Notes under the pieces: model-generated
Told to the model about the DNA's origin: nothing
Databases searched by the model: none
Seen by the model: only the letters and a program-made list of their open reading frames with translations
Position numbers and translations under genes: made by a program
DNA from: the human T2T-CHM13v2.0 reference genome, Homo sapiens
Assembly (NCBI RefSeq): GCF_009914755.1
Contig: NC_060931.1
DNA: 64,000 nucleotides
Reading direction: 5' to 3' (one strand)
In this document: piece after piece, positions 17,190 to 62,410 of the stretch
Layout of the letters: every line of letters begins with the position of its first letter
Position numbering within the stretch: position 1 is the stretch's first letter

Positions 17190-17527
17190 CACTATACTAT
17201 TTATTAATATAAATGCATATGACCTTATACACAAGGTTAAATGCAAATACCCCGTGGGTGGGCCGGGCTCAGTTCAGGGAGGAAGCCCTGACTGAAAAGC
17301 CTGCAGTTTAGGTTTCATTCTATCTTCTTTCAGCCCAGCAACTGAGCACACCTTCTGTCATTCAGGGCCTGAGGGGGCGGGTCCTTAAACATCCTCCAAT
17401 CAGGGACGCTGGGCTGGGACCCGTCCAATCAGGCACGCAGCTGGAGCGGACAGGACGGCTTCCGGGATTTGGCGGGGCCTTTGTCTCTCGCTGCAGTCGC
17501 AGCTCCAGGTCTCGTCTTCACTGCTCT

Positions 17528-43900
<26,373 letters not shown>

Positions 43901-44055
43901 CTGACACTTCAGACATTACACAAAATCAGAGTGCTGAGTACAGAAAGTTATCCAAAACAAAAGTTGGTAGATAACTAATAGTGAACAAGTTTTTGGCAGA
44001 GGTATATTTACATTCAGAGTACACTTTTCTTTGGAAAAAATTACAGGTTTTTTGA

Positions 44056-44461
<406 letters not shown>

Positions 44462-45194
44462 TGAAAGCATGTGATCAACTTGCTGCATCAAAGATATGAG
44501 ATTTTTTTTTTTATTAGGTGGGCATTATTTATGACCTTTTCTGTGGAAGAGTAAGAACATTAAAATGAAAGATGCATGATGAAAATCTAAGTAGAGAGGC
44601 TCTTGTGGTTAACTGATAATATTGAGTGATGCATGAGGTAGGTGTTCAGAGTAATATTCTGCATTATAGTGAAAAATTTTTAATATTAAAATTCAATTAT
44701 ATCATTTTATGAATTGTGCTTTTCATAATGCAGTACATTTCAAAATTTTTAGATTATGTATGAACTTAGATTTTTAAACATGTTTTAACATGTTAAGACT
44801 TGTGCATTCAGTGAAGCGTTATTATGCCACAAACTAACCTACCTCACCTTACTCAATGGTGTAGGTAAAAGATGATAGCAATATATTATTTGGTTACATA
44901 GTGGACTAACATTTTTAGTAATCTCTTTTGCCAGTGGCTTTAAACTGCAGATAAGTTAAATATTCCCATAGGTTTTACATTTATATTTTTTCTTATTTAA
45001 ATTTATTGTTCTTATTTTTCATGGGTACATAGTATGTTTTTATGCTGTATATGGCATGTTTTGATACAGGTATATAATATGTAATAATCACATCAGGGTA
45101 AATGAGGTATCCATTACTAGCATTTATCCTTTGTATTTTATTTTAAAATGTACAACTAAATTGTTATGGACTACAGGGTTATTTTTATGGTCAT

Positions 45195-45221
45195 AATAAA
45201 AATTACAAAAGTATGAATAAA
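45195..45221 (+). terminator. Candidate ZNF273 polyadenylation signals
   Basis: Two AATAAA hexamers at 45195-45200 and 45216-45221, ~1.9 kb after the stop; usage cannot be verified from sequence. Confidence 0.4.
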
Positions 45222-47176
45222 ATACATACATTTCTGAGTCCTGAATATTTTTAAAAATTTGTTATATATTTTTCTTCTAACATGTGGCCTCTTTGCCTGC
45301 AAACATATAAAGACTCAGTTTTGATTTACATAGAGTTAAATATACATATATTTTACTTTAAAGATAAATCTTAAGTGTAAGAAAATTGTAGAGTAAGTGT
45401 GCTTGTGTGAGTATGTTTGTACCTGTTTTCAGAAGAAAACAGCAATATTGGAACAAAACAAATCATTTTAATAAGGTGACTAATTTATTAGAAAACTAAC
45501 AACCTCAAAAATGCTGAAAGCAAATCTATACTCTCTCTGCTTTGTACTGAATTCATTACTGTAAAATATTATGGCTTATGGTTCAGAATCTCCCCATGCA
45601 GATGTTCTGTTTTTACTTGCCTGGTACTCATGGTAGAGCCATACATTTCTTTTTTCTTACAATTTCTTTTACAGTTTATGAAGTATTATATGAGCTGGTC
45701 AGGGATTACAACAATTATTTTTTTTATAAAATTTAGTAGTGCACAAAAAGTAATTTTTAGATGTAATTTTACTATTAGTCTATTAAGTTATATTTTATTT
45801 ATTTAGTTAAAACATTGCCCTTTGTTCTTTTAATTGGAGAACCCTATGTAAGCCGACTTTTTTAAAGTTATTCTTTCTTTCACTTTTCATAATTTTCATA
45901 AGTAAATTTATTTATTTATTGAATTTGTTCAGGTAAGTACTAGGGAGGCTTCCTGAGTCATGAGGATGCTGTTCTATATAAACATAGCAGACAAACATGA
46001 CAGTGCTTGATCTATAACAGATGCTCCATAGTAAGACATAAATATTCCTGTTGAAGTTAGTTTGTAACTTCAAGTCAGAAATGGAATATATCAATGGTGA
46101 AACAGTAACATTGATTTTTCATGTGGAGAGGACATTTTTTTTCCAGGCTGCAAAGCTGAATTCTGCCGAATTTAAAGAGAAATGCTGGTTATTTTCTAAT
46201 TATATTCAGTTTTGTTTGTCTTATGTGTATTCCAACAATGTGTGCATCACAGCTCTTCTTTTTCTGTGTTATGGCTACAGTTTTCTTGCTGTTGTCTTTA
46301 TGCCATGTCATTTCACATGGTAATTTAGTAAGTTTTGATGAGAAATTTGATATTTTTAGTGCACTGAAAAATTGGTTTTAATTGGTGAGTTTGCTTACCA
46401 ATATAACTGTCAGATTGTTAAGATAAAAGGCATACGCTGTCCACAGGTGAGAGGATTAAATCACTTAGCATTGTTTTTAACTGTTTGTAAAAAAAAAAAA
46501 AAAATATCTTACTAGATTCTTATACAAAGTGTGGCAAATATAAAATTTGCTAGAAAATATGTTAGAAATTTATTTATTTATTTATTTATTTAGAGATGAG
46601 GTTTCACTCTTGTTGCCCAGGCTGGAGTGCAATGGCGCGATCTTGGCTCACCACAACCTCCACCTCCTGGGTTTGATTCTCCTGTCACAGCCTCCCTAGT
46701 AACTTAGATTACAGGCATGTGCCACCACGCCTGGCTAATTTTGTATTTTTAGTAGACAGGGTTTCTCCATGTTGGTGAGGCTGGTCGTGAACTCCTGACC
46801 TTAGGTGATCCGCCCACCTCCGCCTCCCAGAGTGCTGGGATTACAGGCGCGAGCCACTGCGCCCGGCCAGAAATTAAATTTTTAAGAGAGCTAATGGTAA
46901 ATCTGACTCGGCACGGTGGCTCATGCCTGTAATCCTAGCACTTTGGGAGCCTGAGCTGGGTGGATTACTTAAGGCCAGGAGTGCGAAACCAGCCCGGCCA
47001 ACATGGTGAAACCCTGTCTTTACTAAAAATACAAAAATTAGCCAGCTGTGGTCGTGTGCATCTGTAGTCCCAGCTACTTTGAAGGCTGAGGCAGGAGAAT
47101 CATTTGAACGCGGGAGTAACGTTTTCACACAGAATCTATTTTTAAGTGTGACTGTAAAACATTGCAAAATAATAAA

Positions 47177-47955
<779 letters not shown>

Positions 47956-47999
47956 GTTTATGAAACAGACACAGTATTTGAAACATTATTATCTTTCTA

Positions 48000-50076
<2,077 letters not shown>

Positions 50077-52092
50077 TAAACAGTTATGTAGATAGTTTCT
50101 CTTAGTTTAACAAGATAAAAGTAACAGTTAAAACATTTGAAATGGGATAAAATTAATCAAAAATTGATAAAAAATCAATAGCTTTGCATAATTGCCAAGC
50201 TTTTTGAAATGACCAGATTACTAAAAAGAAGCAAAGACAAGATTTTTGCTTTGCTCAATTATTAAGTTATGGATATTTTGAAATCTAAAATCCTGGCTAA
50301 ACAACTTGAAGGGAGAATTCTTCAGGTAGCTTCCTAGGGTTTCCAAGGCAATACAAGAAGAATTTTGATAGGCAGGAAAATGCATGCTACATACACATAT
50401 TATTATTCTCTGATTTCCTTTCACATGTAAAAATTGAAAATTGCAAATCTGGTCTTTCAATTAGCAAAAGATTTATTTTTCAGCAAAGCAAATAACTGTA
50501 GAAAACTGATGGGGGAACAAATGCCATCAGCTGCCAAAAACAGTATGACCAGATTCAGTAAGTATCTAGTCATGCAAATCACAGCCCAATTAAATTAAGA
50601 CCCCATAGGTGCATGTGGACAGCATTTCCATGCAATGTGGTGCACCTCCACTGGGCACCTTCTTCTGCCTGCTTACAGAGATACCAATTTCCCCTGAGTG
50701 ACTCAAGGTGAATACTGGGAACTGAGAATTCTGTGTTCAGAGGGATTACTGGGAACATGGTTAACACACTTTTACCATATTATAATAAAATTTGATGTAT
50801 CCTACTCTGCCTCAGAAAGGCTTTTAGTAAAAGATTGTTTATTTATAGTACTCAACCTGGATTCATGAAAAATTATAATATATTCCAGGTAAGTCAGAGA
50901 CACTTAAATGTCAAACAAATTTTATAAAACACACTTGAATGAGATAAAAGTCTTCTTAGCTAAAAATTTTTTCAGTAAATTTAGGGAAAAATAGAAAACC
51001 GGTACTTTGTGTTAAATAACAGTGTTTTGCACACAAGTGCTACTCAAATGAGTGCTCTTCATTGTCATTAAAATGGCAATAGCACCATGTGCTTTCCTGG
51101 CACCAGCTGGCTTGTTTTTTATTGGTGTAAAGTGAAGAAGGCATTGAAATAGAGAAGAAAGGTGACAGAAATTGAATACTTGTATAAAATGCAATTTTTA
51201 ATAAAAAGCATTTGATGTTGTACAGCTACAGGTAAGACTATGAAGTCATGTTCTATTGACAGAATAACTTTATTCACAATATTCTTATTTCAAATGATAT
51301 TACTTTTTTGGCTATACATTTGCTAGCCTTTGGTGAAATATTACCTGGCGCAATAGAAATCAACAAAATGAATCTTTATTTTACCAGAAGCATTTTACTA
51401 TGATTCATATGCTTATTTTGCCTAAAATACATTAGCTTTTTATGAAAGACTTATACTTTTCTTTCAGTGATTTCTATATTGCTAAGAAGTGGCTGTCCTG
51501 CCAGGAAACTGCTATTCTCAGCTCTACCCACATTGACTAATAGTGAGTGAAAGTGATGTGTGGATAAGAAGCAAATGTGTCTTCTCTGCATCTCTTTTTA
51601 AATGTAGTCACTGAAGAAAAAGAATGCGGAAGATAGTAGATAAAATATAATGTGATTCCTGAAAGATCACGAAGAAGTCCTCTTAACCAGAAAGAAAGAA
51701 AGAAAAAGAAAAAGGAAAGAAAAACCACAGGGGATGGTGATGTGAGCAGAAGATATGTTATTTTTCTAAGCCTCTGAAATTTCAGTATACAACCTGCATT
51801 GCTTTAACAAATACATAATTCCTTCAGTTTTGCTTTTCAGGATATAATTCCATTCCCTGGTGAATCAAAACAGAGAAGAATAGCTTATATGTTAAGGTAA
51901 GAGACATAAGGAAGACCCATTACTTTGGACCAACATCTCCTCCACCCCCAATTCCAGGCAATCATCATTCTACTCTCTGCTTCTATGGTTTAAATTTTTT
52001 GTACACTCTACATAGAAAATAATATTATGTGGCCGGGCAGGTGGCTGTCACCTGGAATCCCAACACTTTGGGAAACCCAGGCGGGCAGATCA

Positions 52093-52361
<269 letters not shown>

Positions 52362-54131
52362 TTATTTTACTTAGCATAATGTCCTCCAGGTTCATTGATG
52401 TTGCAAATAATGAGAGTTGCTTCTTTTGAAGGGCAGAATAGCATTTCGTTGTGTAAATATACCACATTTTCTATATTCATTCACCTGTTGATTAACACTT
52501 AGGTTTAATCCATACCTTAGGAGTAATTGTGAGGAATCCACTTCCTTTTTTTAATTTGTTTTTGTTTTTATAACTCTCCTTTTATTTTTATTTCTAGAAG
52601 TATTTTAATTTAATAATATAACTTATGACTGTTACATATCTTCATTTGAGCTTGATTTGGGACATGAGCTATGTGCCCAGGAGAAATTAGTTTACATCCT
52701 TGGAGCTTCAATCTACATTATTAATAAAAGATACTATTTTTCCAAGGGCTGTTTTAATTTATACATAGTAGCTATAAGCATTTTTCACTGAAAGGCTCTT
52801 CTAAATATAGCAAATATTTAAGAATAAGAATTTATATTTCAAAGATTTTTAATAACTGGGTATATTTTGTCATATTTAGTGTATTCTTTTGAAAAATGCC
52901 AAAATAAGAATTTTATTATTTTTCCTGGAATAACAGCCTAAGGGATTCTGCATTGTGGCTTTGCTAATTTTAGCATATGGTTTTGACTGCTACAATTGAA
53001 ATTAGGTTGAATTTTAAACTCACTATTGTTTAGCTTGTGTGGTTTTTGGTTCATTTGCAGAACCAAATATATTGGACATGAAGTGCGTGGGGTGACTTGG
53101 TTTCATTTCTACTCTCTTTTGTTATTACATTTGGAACTTTAGAAATGATTGGGTTCAAATAAGGTTGGTTTTGAATCAAGCAACAGAAAATCCCAGAAAT
53201 CACTGAGAGAAATAGCTACTGCACAGTGCTTTTCAATGAGATTTATACATGAAACAGAGTTTATTGAAAGTTTGTTGAAATTAGAAACTAATTACCTGTA
53301 GGCACATATTAGGCACTTGTCTTAGTTTGTCTATGGCATCCCTAGCTTGGGGAAGCTGACATTACAGAAAAGAATATTGCTGCGGTAATAAGATTTGGAA
53401 CAAATACTTATGTGTTTGTAAACCTTTGCCTTAATAATCCTTAGATAAATGTCATTCTGACTCAATCCTTTTGGCACAACTGCTTAAAATTCTACAGTCT
53501 CCTTCCCACCAAAGTCAACTCATGGAATTTTCAGCTTTTTATGTTTTGATTTTTTTTTTAACCCAGTAAGCTTTATAGTTGACATCATTATATTGAGATT
53601 CCCCAGGCAATTCCTGAGCCTTAAGAGCTGACCATCTTACCTCATCCTTCTTGTTTCACATTGTCTGTTGCTGGGTCCCTCTCACTCCATATTTGAGCCT
53701 TAATGAGGCCTCAGTTTGGAGGAACCAAAGGAAAGCGTTGCCATATATGTTGGGTTGAGAATCAGGATCCTCTTGAGGAAAAAGACTTTTCATTATTCAT
53801 AGTACAAGGCTGTATTTTTGAGATGTGGACATGAATCACTCAAATAATTTTATCAGGATGCCAATATGCTCAAAATAAATATCAAGTTCACCAAATGTTT
53901 TGCTTTGGACTCCCACAGCACAAAGATCACTATATAAGCATTGACTAGTTTTTTTTGGTGTAGGTTTTTGTTTTTAAGATATTTTCCTACTTTATGCTGA
54001 TGTCAAGCTACACAAAGCTTACCAAAAGCTTTATTTTACCAAATTTTTTATATCAAAAGTTCAAATACTTAAATATCGAAAGTTAAATTCTGGATTACCA
54101 TTTTCCATGTGATGTAGTTTGCATTTATTAG

Positions 54132-54512
<381 letters not shown>

Positions 54513-55333
54513 TAGGTAACAGCAGAGTCTGTTTTCTCAGACAGTAGCATAAGAATTCTTGATATACCACCTTTAGAGGTACTGAACACAACTGGATATA
54601 TGTGCTGAAATATAGATTTATCTATAAACTCATTAGAGACTAAGTCATGGCAACCTGTTACAGTTCAATATTTTTGTCTAAATTCTTGTTGAGCCACATC
54701 CATCTGTATACGTAATACTGAGTTGCTAACAGCTTCTTTATACTAAGTCATAACTCATTTTACCTTGTAGTTTCATTTGAAACATATGAGCTGTATTATA
54801 TAACATTCAAAGAAGTAACACAAATTTAATTCAAAGACTATGGAAAGAAGAGTCATACAGGCACACTGACAGTGATTTGGAATCTGGCAGGAGACAATGA
54901 TTAACAGGTTGAGCATATTCAACTAGGCCTAAATCCCTGAAACAATACTGAAAGACATTTTTTTAATTAAAAATATATTGACACTTTAATAGATCTATGA
55001 AATTTGAAAGAAAATGATTTGTTTACTCATCAATCAATAAAATTTTTGAACACCCCATAAGAAAACAAAATAAAATTAGTCAACTATCCCCAGACTTACT
55101 AAAACAAGACTTCAGCATGTTTGAAAACACAAATTATTAATTAAATATCCATTTTTAGGCCAGGTGCGGTGGCTCACACCGGTAATCCCAACACTTTGGG
55201 AGGCTGAGGCAGGCGGATCACCTGAGATAAGGTGTTCAAGACCAGCCTAACCAACATGGTGAAATCCCGTCTCTACTAAATATACAAAAATCAGCTGGGC
55301 GCAGTGGTGCGCCCCTGTAATCTCAGCTACTCA

Positions 55334-55438
<105 letters not shown>

Positions 55439-55695
55439 TCAAAAAAAAAAAAAAATTAAAAAAAATTTTTTTACTACGTGCCATTTTATAAAATAAGCCT
55501 GAATTTGTGGAGTCATTTTTTAAAGAAGCCAATCTTTTCTGTAGGAAGATTTATACATCAAAAACTAGAGATAAAAATGTCATTATATACATCATTTGCT
55601 GAACCCTACAGTAATCTGTAAAGTTTGTGTACACCAATCTTACATTACCTAAAACATAACAGTTTTTTATGTTACACTTAACATACAAAAGTTCA

Positions 55696-56074
<379 letters not shown>

Positions 56075-56439
56075 TCATGCCTGTAATCCCAACACTTTGG
56101 GAGTCCGAGGCAGGTGCATCACCTGAGGTCAGTAGTTTGAGACCAGCCTGGCAAACACGGTGAAAAACCGTCTCTACTAAAAATACAAAAATTTGCCAGG
56201 TGTGGTAGCACACGCCTGTAGTTTTCAGCTACTGGACAGGCTGAGGTAGGAGAATTAATTGAACCCAGGAGGCAGAGGTTTCAGTGAGCTGAGATTGCAC
56301 CACCATACTCCTGCCTGGGTGACAGAGCGAGACTCTGTCTCAAATAATGAAAAACAAATGTTTTAGCACAAAAAGAACAAAATAGTAAACTAAACTGTGA
56401 CAGTTTAGATTAAAAACATGATAAATGACTTTTTATTTG

Positions 56440-57350
56440 CACTTGTGATGAGAATCACCTTTATTCATTTTGGAACACATGGGAAATGCTGCGGTGGTAA
56501 CTTGCTGGGTGATGACTGGGATGGTATTTACTCTCCCAGGGATGGTGGGATCCAGTGGACCAGAATCATCAGCACCTGACCGTGTTCACTGCTGTCCTTT
56601 CTCTCAGTGACTAAGATTCATTTCTCAGACTCCTTCATCAACTCCATTTCTGTTGTACTGTGGAGGGTTTTTTGCTGCTTTAGCATCTGCCTTTGATTTC
56701 TTCTAATTTTCTTTGAAATTTTATTTTTCTTGTCTATTTCTGGTGCTGACTTTGCTGTTCCAGTTTGAGGAGTTACCGCAGCTTCACCCTCAGCTCCTCC
56801 AACAGTCCATCCGTTTGGCACAAGTTTCTCGGGCAGTTTCTCTGGGTTCTTCTGTTTCTGGCGTCTGAGATTTGTCAGCAGAGCCTGGTTTTCGGGGACC
56901 ATGGCTAGCTAGCACCTCCTCCCGCCTGCGGGATGGCTCCTGCACTTCTGGTGGGCGCTGGTATCAGCCGCCGCCCAGCCGAGCACAGCAGGAACCGCAG
57001 CAGCAGCCGGAGCACCCGCACCCAGGGTCGCTCAGCCCCGGGACGCCTCGGCTCCAACCTTGGGTCGAGACCCAGCTCGGTGCACAGAAAGCCAAGGTCA
57101 ACCAGAGCATTTCCCGCAGCTGGGCGAGCCCTCCTCAGCCTGCGGCCAGTTCCTCCCACCAGCTTCAAGCTGCCACCGCCCCTTTCATCAGAGGGACGCA
57201 CAGGAAGATGCAGGGGCACAGAGACACCCACCGTGGAAGAGTCCAGGGGAATGAGGAGGAGCGGGGCCTGGCAGCCTTAGGCCCAGGGCATCGCGGCGCC
57301 CCTCACACCTGAGCAGAGATCAGCGACTGCCACCTCGGGGAGGACAGAAG
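56440..57350 (-). pseudogene. MTDHP1: Processed metadherin (MTDH/AEG-1/LYRIC) pseudogene: 5' UTR plus N-terminal CDS
   Basis: Minus-strand translation gives LREML.DLGFLCTELGLD..LEP, ALLTNLR..PEK..PNGWTV..AEGEA...PEIDKKN.K, and DSGPLDPTIPG...VTTAAFPMCSKMNKGDSH, colinear with MTDH and intronless. Start codon is now GTG (57176), with in-frame stops and frameshifts. Symbol number is from recollection. Confidence 0.88.
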
Positions 57351-57523
57351 GGCCCAGAGTCCTCCAGCCAGCCTCCCTCTCCACCAGAAGAGAGAACTGT
57401 TTCCTTAAAAGAAGCACAGAGGGCCGGGCGCGGTGGCTCACGCCTGTAATCCCAGCACTTTGGGAGGCCGAGGCGGGCAGATCGCTAGGTCAGGAGTTCG
57501 AGACCAGCCTGACCAATATGGTG

Positions 57524-57808
57524 AAACCCTGTCTCTACTAAAAATACAAAAATAAATAAATAAATAGCACGGAGGCTGCGCGGTGGCTCATGCCTGTAAT
57601 CCCAGCACTCTGGGAGGCCGAGGCGGGTGGATCATGCGGTCAGGAGTTCGAGACCAGTCTGGCCAAAACCCTGTCTCTACTAAAAATACAAAAATAAATA
57701 AATAAATAGCACGGAGGCTGCGCGGTGGCTCATGCCTGTAATCCCAGCACTCTGGGAGGCCGAGGCGGGTGGATCATGCGGTCAGGAGTTCGAGACCAGT
57801 CTGGCCAA
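57524..57808 (+). repeat. Perfect 142-bp tandem duplication within an Alu compound
   Basis: 57524-57665 equals 57666-57807 base for base on manual comparison. Confidence 0.92.
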
Positions 57809-58953
57809 GATGGTGAAATCCCGTCTCTACTAATAATACAAAAGTTAGCCAGACATGGTGGGCGCCTGTAATCCCCGCTACTCGGGAGGGTGAGGCAGAG
57901 AATTGCTTAAACCCGGGAGACAAAGCAGAGATAGCACCGCTGCACTCCAGCCTGGATGACAGAGCGAGACTCTGTCTTAAAAAAACAAAAAACAAAAAAA
58001 AACAAAAACAAAACCAGCACAGAGTAGAACTTGCGGATCTGACCCGGTCAGGTTTTCATTTTTTTTTCTTTTTTTTGCCTTTTCCTCTAAATTATGCTTG
58101 CCTTCAGTCAGATTTCATGTTTCATACTCATGTGGCAATTTAAATGTAATTATAATGGTCACAAATTTAGGAACTAAGAGTTTTAATTTACCCAAGAGTG
58201 CTACTTTAACATTAAACTTTCAATAGTGCTTTCTGAATCCTATGGTTTATTACCTTCTATTTGAATCTATTAATTAACTATAGTAACTAATAATAATAAA
58301 GTCTTGATCTGCGTAGCTTGACCGCTTACAAGGTCGTGTATTTATTCATTTAACTGAAAAGTGTGTGTTAGCAGACACGATGTGCCATCCTTTTTGCTAG
58401 GCTTAGGAAATAAAATGAAGAAAAAATATTGGTCTCTACTCTCATGAAACTTTCAGTCTGGCTACATAAAACCCTCACACACTCCTGAGAAGTGGATACC
58501 TCCGAAGTCTCCTATTAACCTCCTATTCCAATGTAACCACTATCTGAATTTTGTGTTATCATTTACTTTATGCAATTTTATCTATAAACAATATACATTT
58601 GCGTGTTGCCTGTTTTGGGGGTTTATATAAAGTCTACCATAAGTTTTCATCTGTGATTTGCTTTTTTTTTATAATTGTACTTTTCTATTTTTCCATGTTG
58701 TCTAGAAACATAGCACATTTTCATAAAGAGGGAAGGGGGACATCTCAAGGTCTCCTGGCAGTGCAGCGAAGGCTGGTGAATTATCATTAAAGAGGCTGAG
58801 ATTATCATTAAAGAAAAATCTCTGAATTGTGACACTGCACTCCAGCCTGGGTGACAGAGTGAGACTCCATCCCCCTGCCCCCCCGAAAAAGAAACATTTG
58901 AAGCACATTTTTAACACCAAATAGCAACAGGATTATCAGGTTCAGGATTCTGA

Positions 58954-59199
<246 letters not shown>

Positions 59200-61142
59200 T
59201 AGTCAGGTTGGTCTCGAACTCCTGACCTCAGGTGATCCACCCACCTCAGCCTCCTAAAGTGTTGGGATTACAGATGTGAGCCACTGCACCCAGGGCCACA
59301 AAGGTGTGGACACCTAGGAGCCAGGGTCATTTTCTGAGGACAATGAGTCATTGAAAGGCACAAGTAGGTGAGGGATGGATTGGGCTGCTGGTTTGAAAGC
59401 GCAACATGGAGCTTCCTATGGCACAGGCAGCTTGGGGGCAGAGAGGCCAGTGAGAGGCAGGAGCAGCAGCCCAGGCTGTCACCAAGGAGGGGACAATGTG
59501 GTAAAAATGGAGAAATGCACATGGGTCTGAAAGGTTTAGATAAATGTGGATTTCAGCACCTCCTCTCCCACACCCCACTTATCAGCTGTGAACATGGGGC
59601 AAGGCACTCCTTTCTGTGTCTTTATGACTTAGCTGAGGTGACCACTAAGTAGGAAAAGTGCCTGGCTGGTGACACATAATAAGTAGCTGCAAGTGGTAGC
59701 TTTCTTCCCTACCCACTTGAAGCAGAAATTGGTGACCAGTTTTTCTCTCTGAGTCGTCCAGCTGGCACCAGAGAAATTCTGAGGCTGCTTCTTCAGACAG
59801 GGCCACCAGGATGTCTGGGCAGCATGGCAAATCTGATCCTTAGATCAGTTTGGAAAAGGTGGGGAAGACAGAGCCAGAAAAACTGGGCCAGATGCCTGGA
59901 TTCCAATCATACCCAGGCCCTGCCCCCTCTGGTTCTGGCTGTGCTGTGCCTGTCTGGGTCCTGAGTCAAGTGACACCTGGTCCCTGCCCTCTGCCCTCAG
60001 GAAGGTCCCCATAGACCAGGGAAAACTCACAAATACAGCCATTGGGTAATGCCAGAGAATATGCATGCCAACTCCTAAGGCTGATGAGTTACTAAACACC
60101 AATAGCTACGGTGGGAAAGAGATGTCATTGTCACCATCTTAAAGATAAGGAAACAGAAGCTTAGAGAGCAATGTGCCCAGAGTCGTTCAGCCTAGGAGTG
60201 ACTGAGGCAGGACAGAAGTCATAACTTGTCCAGCTGCAAGGCTTGAGTTTCCAGTCTAGCCCAGAAGATATCACCCTGCCCAGGTTGGGCTGCAACCTCA
60301 CTCACCTTTGGGACAATAGGCTCTATCTGGAAGAGAAGGCTCTATTTTGAGCAATGAGGAGCCCATGCCAAGCACAGCCACCTGCCCCTGCAGAAATGAG
60401 TGGGGCTGGAAGCTTCATGGATTCTAGTTTTTAATGAATATCTCCCCTGAGCCCACACAAGCTTGTGGCTGTTGGTCCCAAGGCATATTGTCCAACCTCC
60501 AAATGGAGCAGAGCAATGGTGAAGGAAGCCTGTCTGGTCAGCTCAGCCACTTCTGAGCTCTATAGCTTTGCACAGGCCTTTGCTCCTCACTGTGCCTAAG
60601 TTTCCTGCCATAAAATGGGGACATTGATACAAACCACACACACAATGAGGATGAAAAGAGATAATGGGTAAAATGACCTCACCTGCCAGGGAGTCCATGC
60701 TCAGAGAACTCTCATGCTCTTGGGTGGAATATTTCCTCAGAGACATAGAGCTTGGAGGTCAGGGACACGGGCCCTGCCACTGACCTGCTCTGTGACTCTG
60801 AGACAGTGGCTTCCACTCTCTGAGTTCAGATCCACACTGAACAGGCTGCTCTGACCTGTGCCCCTGGGCTGGGAAGGGAATTCTTCCTCCCCAGCTTGTC
60901 AGGGAACCCTTGGCCATGGCTGAGGGCAATCTGGCCCCAGTGCCCTGGCTTAATGGAACAGCAGGAAAAGGCAAACACAAAACCCAGACAGCAGCTGATC
61001 ACGGAATCTGCTCTCCTTGACCCACAAGGATTTGTTGTGATCCAGCCAGCCTGTGACTCTGTCCACATGCTGCTCCTCTGCAGGGATGCTGCTGTTCACT
61101 CTTACTCTACTGAGACACACAGATGTCCTTGAATGAAATAAT

Positions 61143-61157
61143 TCTCTCTCTCTGTCT

Positions 61158-61190
<33 letters not shown>
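61143..61190. repeat. (CT)n(CA)n microsatellite, inverted paralog of 4387-4456
   Basis: Seen directly, with homologous flanks. Confidence 0.95.
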
Positions 61191-61193
<3 letters not shown>

Positions 61194-61599
61194 AACTCTT
61201 CCTCCAGGCTCGCAAGTCAGCTGTCCAGAAAAACTGCCTTCAGCGGCCCCTTAGCCTGTGAGCTGCCCTCATTCCCCTTCACAGCCCTGAGTGAGGATGC
61301 GCAGCCTCCTTGGGCAGGAGGAGGCAGCTTCTGGGAGGTTGGGTCTCACAGCTCCAGTGCCCCCTGCTGGGCCTCTAGCCGGCTCAGGCAGTGACCCTGG
61401 GTAGGGAGCACCTCAGTGCTGCTCATAATTGCAGAGGATGGCCTCACCAGTCAGGGGGTCCTGGAGGGCCTGGGGGGGCTTGGTCTCTGACTGCCAGCAA
61501 AAGACGCTGGTCACATCTAGGCAGCAGGAGGCAAACACTGAGTCAGCTGACTTGCCTGACTTTAACCCTCAGGTTTTTTAAAAAAATTAAAATACAGGT

Positions 61600-62410
61600 G
61601 CAGGGGCTTGGGCTCGGGACTCCTGGACCCACGTGGGGCTGAGCGTGGATGGTGTTTGGTGTCCGGCTTCACTCCCAAACCGCACCCGGAGGGTTTGCGG
61701 GGCGGAGGGGCCTCAGGGCGACGGTTCCAGAACAGACCCAGGCTGCTCCGGTCAGCAGCAGCCCCGCCGCTCTCCCACCTAGCGGGGACCCCCAGCCCCG
61801 CCAGCCGCATCGCTCTGTCCCTCTCATGTCAGGCAAGCCAGTTCCGGACCGCGTGGCACCAGGAGCCGCCAGGAGCCGGGGCGACCCAGAGGTCTCCAGC
61901 GACCTGGCGTCCGGCGAGGACACAGCCCCCAGGAGGGGTTAGACCACGGGAGCCGGAGCCCGAGTCCCAGGGCCGCCGAGCCAGTTTAGAGTGGTCTCCA
62001 GGCCCTAGTGGGAAGGGGCTCCGCGCTTCTGGGCGTCCACAGGAGCTGCATGGCCCTGCCCGCTGACGCCCGGTCGGGACGCTCCACACCCTGTGTGGGG
62101 GCGGAGGGGACGCGGTGGGTGCGGCCTGGGCGCGGGTGGGCTAGAGCCTGGAGACCGCCGGGAGCCCGACTTCCTGGCGCTTTGCCCTTTGGGGAGCGGA
62201 GCCAAGGAACAGCGCCAACCTCTCTCCACAAGCCAGGGACCCTACGACCCACCGCCGCAGGTGAGCTCCGCCCGGGCGCCCCCTCCCCCACCACGCCTGG
62301 ATCCCTGCCGGGCTCCCCGAGCCGAGACTGTGCCTTCTGCAACAGGGCTGTGCTCCAGGTGGGAGAAACATCCTTTGCTCCCTGCTTTGGGGTCCCTGGG
62401 CTCCTTGTAG
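61600..62410. promoter_or_regulatory. CpG island (right arm), inverted paralog of the left island
   Basis: High GC and CpG; reverse-complement similarity to 3210-4020; donor CAG|GTGAGC at 62260/62261. Confidence 0.75.
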
